DNA of 64,000 nucleotides from the NCBI GenBank assembly GCA_965200245.1, contig CBDATS010000004.1, positions 736,001 to 800,000 on the forward strand, read 5' to 3'. Position numbers and translations under genes: made by a program. The notes beneath the pieces were generated by a model, which made no database searches, was not told where the DNA came from, and saw nothing but the letters and a program-made list of their open reading frames with translations. How positions within the stretch are numbered: the stretch's first letter is position 1; every line of letters starts with the position of its first letter. The DNA is from a bacterium (lineage in GTDB: Bacteria; UBA8248). This document shows positions 1-9,602 of the stretch, piece after piece.

Positions 1-123
1 TATTGGACAAGGAACCCATCCATCCCTCAGATTGGAAGAGAGCCAGCGTATCGCGGATTCGTGCATCTTATGCTGTGCATCGAGCACCGCGATCAGGACA
101 TTAACGTCGAGTAAAGCGTGCAC
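1..123 (-). CDS. vapC: VapC-family PIN toxin, 5' part only (runs off left edge)
   Basis: Not in ORF track. GTG at 123 reads MHALLDVNVLIAVLDAQHKMHESAIRWL...GWVPCPI, a typical PIN N-terminus; directly follows the TAA of an antitoxin-like frame. Confidence 0.8.
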   Translation of the reverse strand, partial: MHALLDVNVLIAVLDAQHKMHESAIRWLSSNLRDGWVPCPI

Positions 124-285
124 TTAATCCCCAAACCTTTCGCGCAAACGATCAATCAATTCGTTGGTAACGACTCCGCCACGCTTCGGAAAAGGTCGAA
201 TGCCGCTCAACATGTCTTCTTCCGGTTCTTCATCTATTGAAGGTATAACGACAACCTCTGTGGAGAGTATCTGGGTCGGAATCAC
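124..285 (-). pseudogene. VapB-type antitoxin, C-terminal part only (no N-terminal RHH domain)
   Basis: Frame ends ...SGIRPFPKRGGVVTNELIDRLRERFGD*, typical of the C-terminus of CopG/VapB antitoxins; no MRTTL-like N-terminus before the in-frame stop at 382-384; possible GTG start at 285. Confidence 0.55.
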
Positions 286-504
286 AGGGACCGTTTCACG
301 GCCCCGCTGCCGGACGGACTCGCTTTGCCAGTCGAGGGTATCGGGAAGATGTTGCAGGGTGCGTCGTCCGTGTTGCCCGGATTACAACAGGTGAAGCAGT
401 GGAAACTCAACGGAAGGCCAGGTAAATGCCCACAAGGACGGCCACATAAGAACGGGAAATCCTGCCCCGGAACGCAGGAAAGAGATCGCGCTCTCGCCGA
501 ACGG

Positions 505-741
505 TGCAGCGCATTCTCGAAGCGTCCTGATAATCACATCCACTTGATCCCGCTTTACTTCGGCCACCACAATTTCTGCCGGATTCACAGGAGTATGCGG
601 GTGAGGCCAACAATGGCCGCTGGAATGGATTCCCAGCTTCGCGATGACGTGATCGCCGACGTGAGGTTCATTGATGGGGTGAGCGAAAACGAAACGGGCA
701 GGGAGGCCACCGGACTCAGGACGGCCGTACGCCAGATTTGA
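505..741 (+). mobile_element. IS1-family-like DDE transposase C-terminal remnant
   Basis: AFSKRPDNHIHLIPLYFGHHNFCRIHRSMRVRPTMAAGM resembles the AFSKK..NH...YNFCRIH.TL..TPAMAAG tail of IS1-like transposases; N-terminal catalytic part absent. Confidence 0.6.
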
Positions 742-810
742 CAGTAACTCCCGCAATAGTATGAGACGTATTTGGTGTTTCCGGTAATATCGGAGGGATG
801 CTGCAGGAGG

Positions 811-1128
811 TTATAACCTTTCCAGCACCTTTGCGAGCGCAGTATTGGACTTATCCAGCCCTTCCATGGTCTTCGCAAGCGCACCGTTCGACTTGTCCAG
901 CCCTTCCATGGTCTTGTCCATACCTTCGATGGCCTTCGAGAGCGCGGCATTTGAGTTGGCCAGCGCTTCATTTATCCTGTCACTCGCCACTGCGCGTTCC
1001 CTGTTCGCTTTCATCATGGCGTAGATGCCATATCCGATAACCGAGGGGGTCAGTAAACCCGTAAACAGACTCACAGCCAAGCTTACAACTTCAGCTATTT
1101 CCATCGGTTCAAATTCTATCTCTATCAT
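811..1128 (-). CDS. small membrane-anchored coiled-coil hypothetical protein (105 aa)
   Basis: ATG 1128 with GAGGA RBS; one hydrophobic segment, then KTMEGLDKSNxALA repeats. Confidence 0.6.
   Translation of the reverse strand: MIEIEFEPMEIAEVVSLAVSLFTGLLTPSVIGYGIYAMMKANRERAVASDRINEALANSNAALSKAIEGMDKTMEGLDKSNGALAKTMEGLDKSNTALAKVLERL
830..913. repeat. ~42-bp tandem repeat (2 copies plus a degenerate partial copy) inside the CDS
   Basis: gacttatccagcccttccatggtctt and gacttgtccagcccttccatggtctt lie 42 bp apart. Confidence 0.8.
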
Positions 1129-2192
1129 TGTTTCCTCTTGCAGGTATCTCATCGCACGATACGTTTTTCTTATTGTAACAGAAAATGACTCACGAGCCAT
1201 CCATTCCTTGGCAGCATCAAGCAGTTCATCCATGCCCGCCTTTTGCGCCCCTGTCTCCCGACATGTTCCATGACGGCATCTTCGCGGCCTGCGCTCTCCC
1301 CGGTTTTCTCCTGGTGGTCTTTCAGGTTATCAGGAAGGCTTCTGTGATTTGCTCCCGGATGGATTGTTTCTCCTGAAACAGTGTGATGTTGCATTCAGGA
1401 GTTCTGGAGAGAGAAATCAAGGAGAGACTGAAGAAAAGTCAACTCGAAGGGAATATGGATATGCCCCTCAGGAATCTGCTCGACACTCCGAAGCCGGATA
1501 CATTGCCCCTGCCCACCAGGGAAGGTCTGGAACGCAGCTTCAGGACGGGGTTCGACGATGGCAAGCCTGTTTTTCGGGGAGGCAGACCAGGGTTTGGCAG
1601 CTTCCCTGTGTAAATCCCACAATATAAGCGTTGGTCCTAATTGAGGAGTCCAAGTTGATGTCAGTCTTGCAAGCTTTATGCGTCCTCGGGGCTTTCCCAT
1701 GTCTCAATGTAATGCAGTAAATAATTGCCTGCAACATTGTCCAATTAGCACCTCAAAAAATGTTAATCTAGACTAAAGACTCCTGTGCCAGATCAAATGA
1801 GATACCGGATTCGTCCGGTAGGAGAGAAATGTCTTTGAACCCTGGAACTATCCCGAACTCAGGTCGTTTTAGATGTTGTCTCCGATGAGAGCGGCAGATG
1901 CTTTCGCAGGCGACATGGGCATACTGGTGGCGTTTTCCACTTGCGTATCACCAAAAGACATCCGATCATGATGAGTTGTTGTCGAGCGCCTACGCCATGC
2001 TGGCATACGAACGTCTCAGATAATGGTCAATGAGAGATCGCCATACTCTCATGCTTTACTGCCGATGCTCTGAAGCCAATACAACTTCGGATTCGGCCTT
2101 GCGTATCATGACAAAGAACATCGGATAAACTGGGTGGTCAGCGTTGCGCCCGATCAGGCTTGCGTGGACGTTTTGTGCCGCATCTAGCTATT

Positions 2193-2738
2193 TTAACAAG
2201 TGATGGCTTCGATGGAACTGTCACTGACTAGGAAAGCCCGGGAAAACGATGCTGTGGGGATCAATCCAATATGAGCAGCTTCAATTAGTGGAATGATTGT
2301 ATGACGATAGGCCTCTTCTTTTTCCCAACGTGCCAATAGTTCACCACCAGAGAGCAAACAGTTCTTCACTGTTTCTCTGTCAATCTCGATCCATACGGCA
2401 GATCCCCAAGCTGATCTAAAGGGAACAAATTCACGCCAAGTGCTCAAGGGATATTTCTCGTCGTAGCCATATTGATCAAAATCATTGAAATCGAAAAGAC
2501 TCACGCCGCCCAGGTTGCGCGCATATCGGTGGTATTCGGGACCACTTGACGTCTTCCATCGATCCGATTCTGGAATATCGGGTTCAGGTAGTATAGCCCC
2601 GTCCTCAAGTATCGAAACAAAGCGATCCGGGTGTGTGGTATGCCATAGGTGGCCGACAAGAACATCCAATACTTGCTTGCGGTAATCCTCGGTAATTCGT
2701 TGTCTGTTCGAGGTGTCATTCATAAAACCCGTCCTCAT
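2193..2738 (-). CDS. hypothetical protein, possible ADP-ribosyltransferase-like fold
   Basis: 181-aa ORF; LWHTT...SILEDGAILP...GGVSLFDF pattern. Function is inferred only. Confidence 0.55.
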   Translation of the reverse strand: MRTGFMNDTSNRQRITEDYRKQVLDVLVGHLWHTTHPDRFVSILEDGAILPEPDIPESDRWKTSSGPEYHRYARNLGGVSLFDFNDFDQYGYDEKYPLSTWREFVPFRSAWGSAVWIEIDRETVKNCLLSGGELLARWEKEEAYRHTIIPLIEAAHIGLIPTASFSRAFLVSDSSIEAITC

Positions 2739-3142
2739 AATCTTGTCTTCATCAATATGGGTAGCTTTACTTGGCTAAATCATCCGGATCGGGGAAACCG
2801 ATTATGGATTGTCGCTCCCCATATTTGCCCGCCCGAGTCGATTATTTTCCGATTTGCACGGCAATTCCGGTGCGACTTGAAAATTCACGCAATAATGGAA
2901 CCGATATACCCGATACTCCACCATGGTACCGGAAATCTGGCATTGGATTGCAATAAAACTCGCAAGGCCGATCAAATCTTAGCAAAAGCCCTCGCTCAAG
3001 AGACACCTTGAACTGCGAGGCATCGAATTGGAAAAATGATATCCAGTCATGAGCGTATCTGGAATGAACCTGAAACGGCAGGCGCAGAAAACCGAACAAC
3101 CGGTATGACAAGGGGTGCATCCACCCAACACTTGCCGCATCG

Positions 3143-4228
3143 TCACGAGCGCTCGGACAGAAGTGCCAAGAGCGGCAGGTTGATGTAGAGGTTCTCGCGC
3201 CCCACCTTAATCTCCTCCAGGAGGCCTTCGGCTACGAGAGCTTTCAGGTAGACGGCAGCCGTCTGGCGCCTGGCGATGCCCGCCTCGACCACATCGCCGA
3301 TCCGGCAGCAGGGATTTACGAAGATCAGTTCCACCAGTTCACGGGAATGGATTTTCGGCATCTTCTGTCGAACTGCAGTGGTTGTTTCGTCGAGAAGTTC
3401 CCGGATCGCGTGGACTTTCGAAGAGGTCCATTCCGCGGTGGCCCTGACGGCATCGAGCATGAAAAGTATCCACGTTTCCCATTCCTGTCGGGTCGTCACT
3501 TCAAGCAGATACCGGTAATACACCGCCCTGTTCCGGGTGATGTGCCGACTGAGATAGAGGACAGGAATGTCCAGCAGGCCCTTATCGACAAGATAGAGGA
3601 GGTTCAGCACGCGACCGGTCCGGCCGTTTCCGTCGACAAACGGATGGATCGCCTCGAATTGATAATGCATGACCGCGAGGCGGATCAGGGGGTCGACCTC
3701 CTCGGTCTCGTGAATGTAGCGTTCCCAATTGGACAGCTTGTTCCGGAGAATGTCCTCTCCTTCCGGTGGCGTGTAGACGACCTCGTCGGTTGCTTCATTC
3801 ATCAACGCCGTTCCCGGCGTTTTACGAATATCCAGATCCACGCCCTTGATCGTTCGACAGACCTCGACCGCGATGGCGGTCGAAACCGGCCGCCGTTTCA
3901 GCATCTCGAAGCCACGGGACAGGGCGGTGTGGCAGCGCAGGGCCTCTTTGGTGGCAGGGTCCGCTCGACCTACTGTGTCGTTGGCGTAACAAAACAGCCG
4001 GCCCGTCGTCGTGACGATGTTTTCAATCTCGGAACTCGCCTGAGCCTCGAGCAGGGGGATCGAGTTGAGCAGCATCGCCTGGTTCTGGATGAATTTCCCG
4101 GAGATCCGGAGCTCTGCCAGTGCTGTGCGCGCGGCAATGCAACTGCGAAGAATGACCCTTGTCTCGGTTTCCGAAGTCGGTGGAAGGTCTGGAAGGTTAT
4201 TGAAGGGACGGCCGGGCTCGAAGGTCAT
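3143..4228 (-). CDS. fic: Fic-family protein adenylyltransferase with C-terminal wHTH
   Basis: Canonical HPFVDGNGRTGR motif; N-terminal SSEIEN inhibitory helix. Confidence 0.92.
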   Translation of the reverse strand: MTFEPGRPFNNLPDLPPTSETETRVILRSCIAARTALAELRISGKFIQNQAMLLNSIPLLEAQASSEIENIVTTTGRLFCYANDTVGRADPATKEALRCHTALSRGFEMLKRRPVSTAIAVEVCRTIKGVDLDIRKTPGTALMNEATDEVVYTPPEGEDILRNKLSNWERYIHETEEVDPLIRLAVMHYQFEAIHPFVDGNGRTGRVLNLLYLVDKGLLDIPVLYLSRHITRNRAVYYRYLLEVTTRQEWETWILFMLDAVRATAEWTSSKVHAIRELLDETTTAVRQKMPKIHSRELVELIFVNPCCRIGDVVEAGIARRQTAAVYLKALVAEGLLEEIKVGRENLYINLPLLALLSERS

Positions 4229-4922
4229 GTCGATGTATCCTGTTCATGCTGGCACATTCACCGAACGAGTCGATTCCATCGACATGTTGCTCCAACGTGT
4301 CGATGAAATAAGGATATATCGACATATTATGTCCTGGCAAGCAGCATATAGGCCAACAATACCGCACACTGTCGCCCGGGCACTCCACACTGTACTATGG
4401 CCCAAGGAAGGGGACGTCGAAGGCGCGTGCCGACCGGAGAGTTCAAAAGCCCGGATCGTTGCCGTCAATCGCGACAGGATCAAGATATTCTGGCAGATGG
4501 CAGGTTGTGGACTTCCAGTCTTCCCTGAAAACCGGAAGGGTTCATACGAATTATATCGAGACTTCGATCAAATGTCGGTCTCGGGGGTTGCGTATCCCTG
4601 TCACCAATCCAGGGCATTAAAAAAACGACGTTTTTGATGGTTTTCTGTGCCTAACCAACCTCAATTTTCCGAACCGGCAAACGATTGGCAGACATCAGGA
4701 ATCGAAGTTGTACGCATTCGTTCGCATGTCCGATCAAGGATTCTGCCGATGCCATTATCTCCTGAGCACCGCGTCGCAAATGCGGTCACCGCCCTAGATG
4801 AGCTTTGGGAGAACCGGATCACGGCTGCGGGCAAAGGCCTGAAACCCTGGTTCGTTCTCGCCGGTCCGGCACACAAATGGTCCTGCCGGAGAAGATCGGG
4901 AAAGAATAGGGAGATTGAGAGG

Positions 4923-5519
4923 CTAGCCCTGTGCCCACTTGCGCAGAATATCAATAAAACGTCTCGCATGGGGAGATGCTTCCATGACTTTTTCCGGTGC
5001 TGTTTTCGCCAAAATCTCGTAGCTGTGCGCTCCCTTGGCATAAGTACCTTTCCGGGTATCGCGAGTAGCATTTCGAGGGTGGTTCAAAACATAATCTTTG
5101 GCAATTTGCTCGATCCGTGGGTTTCGTGGCGGCGCACTATCCCGGTAGCCTTGACCGAAGAATTCCATCAAAGCATCCCGATCAGCCAGAAACCAGGACT
5201 CCATGCTCTGGACCATGAGATGGCATTGCTCATCTGTCGCATTTTCGGGGCTGGACCACTCATCGGGAGCCTGTCGGAAATGTTGCCATGCTCCGGGTGT
5301 CTCCACTGGCCTTTCGGCGTCCACGAGAAGCATAGCGTTTCCACTTTGATGGGCGGTCACGAATTCTTCGAGTGCTCTCTTGCGGGTGCCACTGGCCACG
5401 ATGCGAGGCATCATTTCACCCAACCCCGCTTTTTCGATGAAAGTTCGGAAACCTTTGCGGCATTCTCTCCTAAGTGACCTGCTGTTACCCCCACCCTCTA
5501 CATAGAGATGGATGTTCAA
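4923..5519 (-). CDS. DUF4276-family (TOPRIM-like) protein
   Basis: IHLYVEGGG..., LLVDAE, MVQSMESWFLAD; TTG start overlaps the ATPase stop (TTGA). Confidence 0.8.
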   Translation of the reverse strand: MNIHLYVEGGGNSRSLRRECRKGFRTFIEKAGLGEMMPRIVASGTRKRALEEFVTAHQSGNAMLLVDAERPVETPGAWQHFRQAPDEWSSPENATDEQCHLMVQSMESWFLADRDALMEFFGQGYRDSAPPRNPRIEQIAKDYVLNHPRNATRDTRKGTYAKGAHSYEILAKTAPEKVMEASPHARRFIDILRKWAQG

Positions 5520-6721
5520 AACCGGTTCCCTCCGATCTCTCCTGCTGTCCAAAGCTCTCCGAGCCGGTACCTTTCGAGCCAGGGCTCAAGATCGGATTTG
5601 TCGAGGCGGCGAAGTTGCGTCGAACCCTCGGGCTTCTCGCAGACCACGATGGACTCGGGTGTTTCCGTGAGCGTATCCACGAGAACGTCCGAGTGCGTTG
5701 TAACGAAAATCTGGCTGCGCGAAGATGCCTCGACCAGAAGCTTCGCCACCTCCGGGATTATGTCGGGGTGGAGGCCGATCTCAGGTTCCTCGATACAGAT
5801 AGCCGGTGGTGGGTCGGGATGACAGAGCACGGCGAGCAGGCATAGATAGCGGAGGCTTCCGTCAGAGAGCCGCTTTGCAGGTACGGGGTGTTGCAGGCCT
5901 TCTTCATGGAAGAAGATCTGCACCCCGTTACCGGTTATATTGATAACTATATCCTCGACGGATTGGTAAAAGGTTCTCAATCGCTCGAGTATCTGACGTT
6001 TGAGAGGAGGGCGGTTCATCAAATCGTTTAGCACCAAACCAAGGTTCGAGGCGTCCTCTCGCAAGCTGTCCTGTGGAAGGTCTACCTCCTGACGAAGACG
6101 GGGCCCCGTACGACGTCCCAGGGTCCATTCTCGATAAAAGCACATCCGCTCGAATGTATTGGCCAGATACGTCAATTCCGGATAGGAGTCAGGGTCTCGG
6201 CGCTGCGACAGGATCGACTGATCGGGTTTCACGTCTTCTTGCCTGAGGCCCCGATCAAATCGGGATTCCCTTACAGTTTCATTATTGAGAACATTGAGCA
6301 CCGGACGGCCTTCCCGATAGTCATAGTAGAGATATGGTTTCTCATTACCTCCCGTCGGTTCCTCATTCTCTATGGCCTCATCTCTCAGATCGAAACGCGA
6401 CCCGGTTTCCGTGAACGACAGCCGATATTTGAGCGGTTGATGTCCCTTGGGATATTCGACGGTAACTTCCAATGTTGCTTTGCCTGGTTCGTGAGTTCCC
6501 TTCCAGAGCCAGTCACGGACGCCTCCCCCTTCCCGAATCGGTTTTTGAATATCCCCGGGCGCAGCTTCCAGAAGTGACAGCGCTTCGATCAAGTTCGATT
6601 TTCCAGAAGCGTGCGGACCGATGAGAACATTCAAAGGCTCCAGAGAAAACTCTTCGCTCGCGAGGCCATAGGAAAGAATGTGGTCCAGACGAATCGTCCG
6701 AATGAACCTTTTGCCATCCAT
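5516..6721 (-). CDS. ABC/AAA_21-type ATPase
   Basis: Walker A GPHASGKSN, signature LSDGSLR, Walker B ICIEEPE, H-loop TTHS. Confidence 0.9.
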   Translation of the reverse strand: MDGKRFIRTIRLDHILSYGLASEEFSLEPLNVLIGPHASGKSNLIEALSLLEAAPGDIQKPIREGGGVRDWLWKGTHEPGKATLEVTVEYPKGHQPLKYRLSFTETGSRFDLRDEAIENEEPTGGNEKPYLYYDYREGRPVLNVLNNETVRESRFDRGLRQEDVKPDQSILSQRRDPDSYPELTYLANTFERMCFYREWTLGRRTGPRLRQEVDLPQDSLREDASNLGLVLNDLMNRPPLKRQILERLRTFYQSVEDIVINITGNGVQIFFHEEGLQHPVPAKRLSDGSLRYLCLLAVLCHPDPPPAICIEEPEIGLHPDIIPEVAKLLVEASSRSQIFVTTHSDVLVDTLTETPESIVVCEKPEGSTQLRRLDKSDLEPWLERYRLGELWTAGEIGGNRF

Positions 6722-6906
6722 GGTCTAGCCTCCCCGAGGTCGTCCTGGCTGAATCCTGTGTTTTCACAGAACCACGAGAACATATGCGAACATATGGAAA
6801 ACATTTAAGAGAGAGGTGTGTCACGCCACCCACCGCCCATCGCGGTTAAGCCGTCACCGTCGCCGCCCGCCAAACCAAAGAACAGGAAAAAAGATGAAAC
6901 AAGGGG

Positions 6907-6973
6907 AGTATTTCGCAAAGATGGAAAAATGACTACTCGGGTGAATGATTACCCCTTTGTTTTTGATGGAATC
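6907..6973. repeat. diverged 67-bp intergenic repeat, copy 1
   Basis: Ungapped match to 13874-13940 at 55/67 positions (manual alignment). Confidence 0.75.
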
Positions 6974-7665
6974 AAAAATGGTCTATAAGGCACGGGGACA
7001 GAAGTCCTCTTATTAAAACCCCTTACCTGAGGGTGGTTTTCGTATATGCGTTTTCAAGAAGATGAACAAAACCTCCACAGACATATCCATGGGTGAGCTA
7101 CTGAGATGAAGCATCGAGACCTAGCGTACGGCGTCACGGGGGGAGCGGGCGTTGCTTATGAATGGATGTGCCGGGTGATCCCGGCTTCGTGGAAGCATTG
7201 ATGCGGGAACGCCCTGCGCGACTCGGGGCGGCGGATTGGGTATTGCGTTTCATGGAAAAGTCACCCTTTGGCCCGGCCTTCTGTCGGAAACTCAAGGCGT
7301 TTCCAGAGGTGAGCGCTACCAAGGCCTGGGTACAGGGCGAGGAAGTGATGGCAACCCATCCTTCGGGAAGCGTTTTCACCGGGGTTCCTCTCCTTACCTC
7401 AGGATGATCGATCGAGTCCGCGCCTGGATAGCAGCCAGTTCTATCAGGAAAATGAGATTTTTGGGCTGACAAAGAGTTTATGGCGATACTTACAGAAACT
7501 TGAAATTGTTGCTATCTTCCATAATCTGGAAGGTTTTATTACGAATTTTGGAATTCCCGGTTATCATTGATTCCTGCAAAGGATGTTGTGAAGATGGGGG
7601 TGTAACTATCACCATCCCTGATTCAGCATTATCAGACAGGGAAAGAATATTTGAGGGGCACGGCG

Positions 7666-9075
7666 ATGCTCGAGAGGCTGCGCATACAAAATTTCAAGGG
7701 CTGGAAGGACACCGGATCCATCCGCTTGGCTCCCATCTCCCTGTTCTTCGGGGCAAACAGTTCCGGGAAGTCCAGTATCGGCCAGTTCCTGATGATGTTG
7801 AAACAGACCGTTGAATCGCCGGATCGAAAAGCCGTTTTCTGCCCGGGCGGCAGGAATTCCGCCGTTCAACTGGGTTCCTATCAAGAGATGGTGTTCCAGC
7901 GTGATCCCAAAAACCCGATCACCTTTGAATATCAGTGGTCACTACCAGAAACCCTAGAATTTAAAGATCCAATATCAGGTCAACTTTATTCTGGTGGCAC
8001 TCTGACTTTCGAGGCAAAAGTCGGGCATGATGAGAACAATCAACATGCACCGGCGCTCAAGCATCTGAACTACGACATTCTGAAAGGTGATAAACCTGCG
8101 CTCTCCATTTCAATGAATCGAAAGTTCGGCTCGAAGAAATCAGAATATAAAGTCGATGCTGGCGAATATCCCTTGAAACGCGTGCAGGGTCGACCTTGGC
8201 ATCTAGACGCTCCTGTGCGCTTTTACGGATTCCCGGACGAGGTTGTGGCCGCTCACCAAAACGCCGCCTTTGTGCAGACACTCAACTTTCAGCACGAGAA
8301 ACTGTTTCGGTCGATTTCATACCTTGGACCGCTTCGCACGAAGGCGGAACGTTCATATTCATGGTCGGGTATAGGACCTGAAAACGTAGGTTATTACGGT
8401 GACAACACCATGGCAGCGATACTGGCGGCCCGTAACAGAAAAATCAGTCTTGGATACAGACAACGAGGAAGTTCACTTGAGGAGATCATTGCGCTGGAAC
8501 TCAAGGGGATGGGGCTTATTGAAGAGTTCACGGTACGAACGATTTCCGAGCAGAGACAGGAGCACGAGGTCAAGGTGCGGGCCAGGGGATCGAAAAATTG
8601 TGTAGACCTTCCGGATGTCGGGTTTGGAGTATCGCAAGTGTTACCCGTCTTGGTTCAGTGCTTCTATGCTCCACCCGGGTCGATCATTCTCATGGAGCAA
8701 CCTGAGATTCACCTCCACCCGAGTGCCCAGTCCGCCTTGGCGGATGTAATGATCGACGTAATCAACTCCCGCGAAAACGGAGCCGACAGGGATGTTCAGT
8801 TGATCATAGAAACCCACTCGGAACATTTTCTGCGCCGGCTGCAACGGCGAATTGCCGAGCGTGCCGTTCCAGAAGAAAAAGTCTCTGCATACTTCGCCAA
8901 TATCATCAAGACTCCTGCAACGCTCGATACACTTGAAATTGACTCGTACGGCAACATTCGGAACTGGCCGGAGAATTTTTTTGGCGACGAGATGGAAGAC
9001 ATCATTGAACAAACCAAGGCTGCCATGAAGAAACGGATGGAAGAAAGCATGGAACAACCGGAGGCATCCGGGTGA
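7666..9075 (+). CDS. ABC-type ATPase (AAA_15/AAA_21) with C-terminal DUF3696
   Basis: MLERLRIQNFKGW start; GANSSGKSS; VGFGVSQ; ILMEQPEIHLHP; IETHSEH; tail IDSYGNIRNWPENFF. Confidence 0.88.
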   Translation: MLERLRIQNFKGWKDTGSIRLAPISLFFGANSSGKSSIGQFLMMLKQTVESPDRKAVFCPGGRNSAVQLGSYQEMVFQRDPKNPITFEYQWSLPETLEFKDPISGQLYSGGTLTFEAKVGHDENNQHAPALKHLNYDILKGDKPALSISMNRKFGSKKSEYKVDAGEYPLKRVQGRPWHLDAPVRFYGFPDEVVAAHQNAAFVQTLNFQHEKLFRSISYLGPLRTKAERSYSWSGIGPENVGYYGDNTMAAILAARNRKISLGYRQRGSSLEEIIALELKGMGLIEEFTVRTISEQRQEHEVKVRARGSKNCVDLPDVGFGVSQVLPVLVQCFYAPPGSIILMEQPEIHLHPSAQSALADVMIDVINSRENGADRDVQLIIETHSEHFLRRLQRRIAERAVPEEKVSAYFANIIKTPATLDTLEIDSYGNIRNWPENFFGDEMEDIIEQTKAAMKKRMEESMEQPEASG

Positions 9076-9602
9076 ATTTTCCAGAGAAATGCGTGGTCGA
9101 CACAAGTGTGCCGAAGGTTGCCAATCTTGCTACTCAACCCGACCCCGAGTCAGATGTCCCTTGCACATGTGTGCGCAAATGTATCAAAGCAATTGAGCAC
9201 GTCAAAAAAGAGTATGCGTTAGTCATCGACGCTGGGGATGATATCTTCGCTGAATATCTGAGACAGCTTTCTATGAGCGGGCAGCACAGTTTGGGTAACG
9301 CATTCATGAAATGGGTTCACGACAACCGTTTTCGACTGCCTGATGACAGCCGGGTATGTATTACAAGGAACGGTGACTCATACGACGAGTTCCCACTCCA
9401 TAAGGGCCTGGACAATTTTGATCGCTCTGATCGCAAGTTCGTTGCTGTCGCAAATGCGCACTCCGAAAAGCCTCCTGTATTGCAGGCGACTGACAGCAAG
9501 TGGTGGGGGTGGAAAAAGCCTCTGGCGGAAGTCGGCATCAAGGTTCTTTTCCTGTGCCCTGAATATGCCGAAGCCAAATATGAGAAGAAGATGGGAATGT
9601 GA
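9072..9602 (+). CDS. PIN-like domain protein (putative RNase)
   Basis: VVDTSV at the N-terminus and FDRSDRKFVAVA / ATDSK acidic motifs; GTGA overlap with the ATPase. Confidence 0.7.
   Translation: MNFPEKCVVDTSVPKVANLATQPDPESDVPCTCVRKCIKAIEHVKKEYALVIDAGDDIFAEYLRQLSMSGQHSLGNAFMKWVHDNRFRLPDDSRVCITRNGDSYDEFPLHKGLDNFDRSDRKFVAVANAHSEKPPVLQATDSKWWGWKKPLAEVGIKVLFLCPEYAEAKYEKKMGM

Noticed and set aside
830-945. Repeats as a possible CRISPR array
   Set aside because: Contiguous in-frame coding repeats without unique spacers; no cas genes. No CRISPR array was seen anywhere in the window.
1383-1613. GKPVFRG resembling a DUF433 antitoxin fragment
   Set aside because: Match too short to support a call.
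1740-2190. Possible integron attC site after the 2193 ORF
   Set aside because: No RYYYAAC...GTTRRRY pair with an inverted repeat found, and no integron integrase.
7134-7472. Short ORFs or an integrase remnant between the two ATPase operons
   Set aside because: No convincing motif in any frame.
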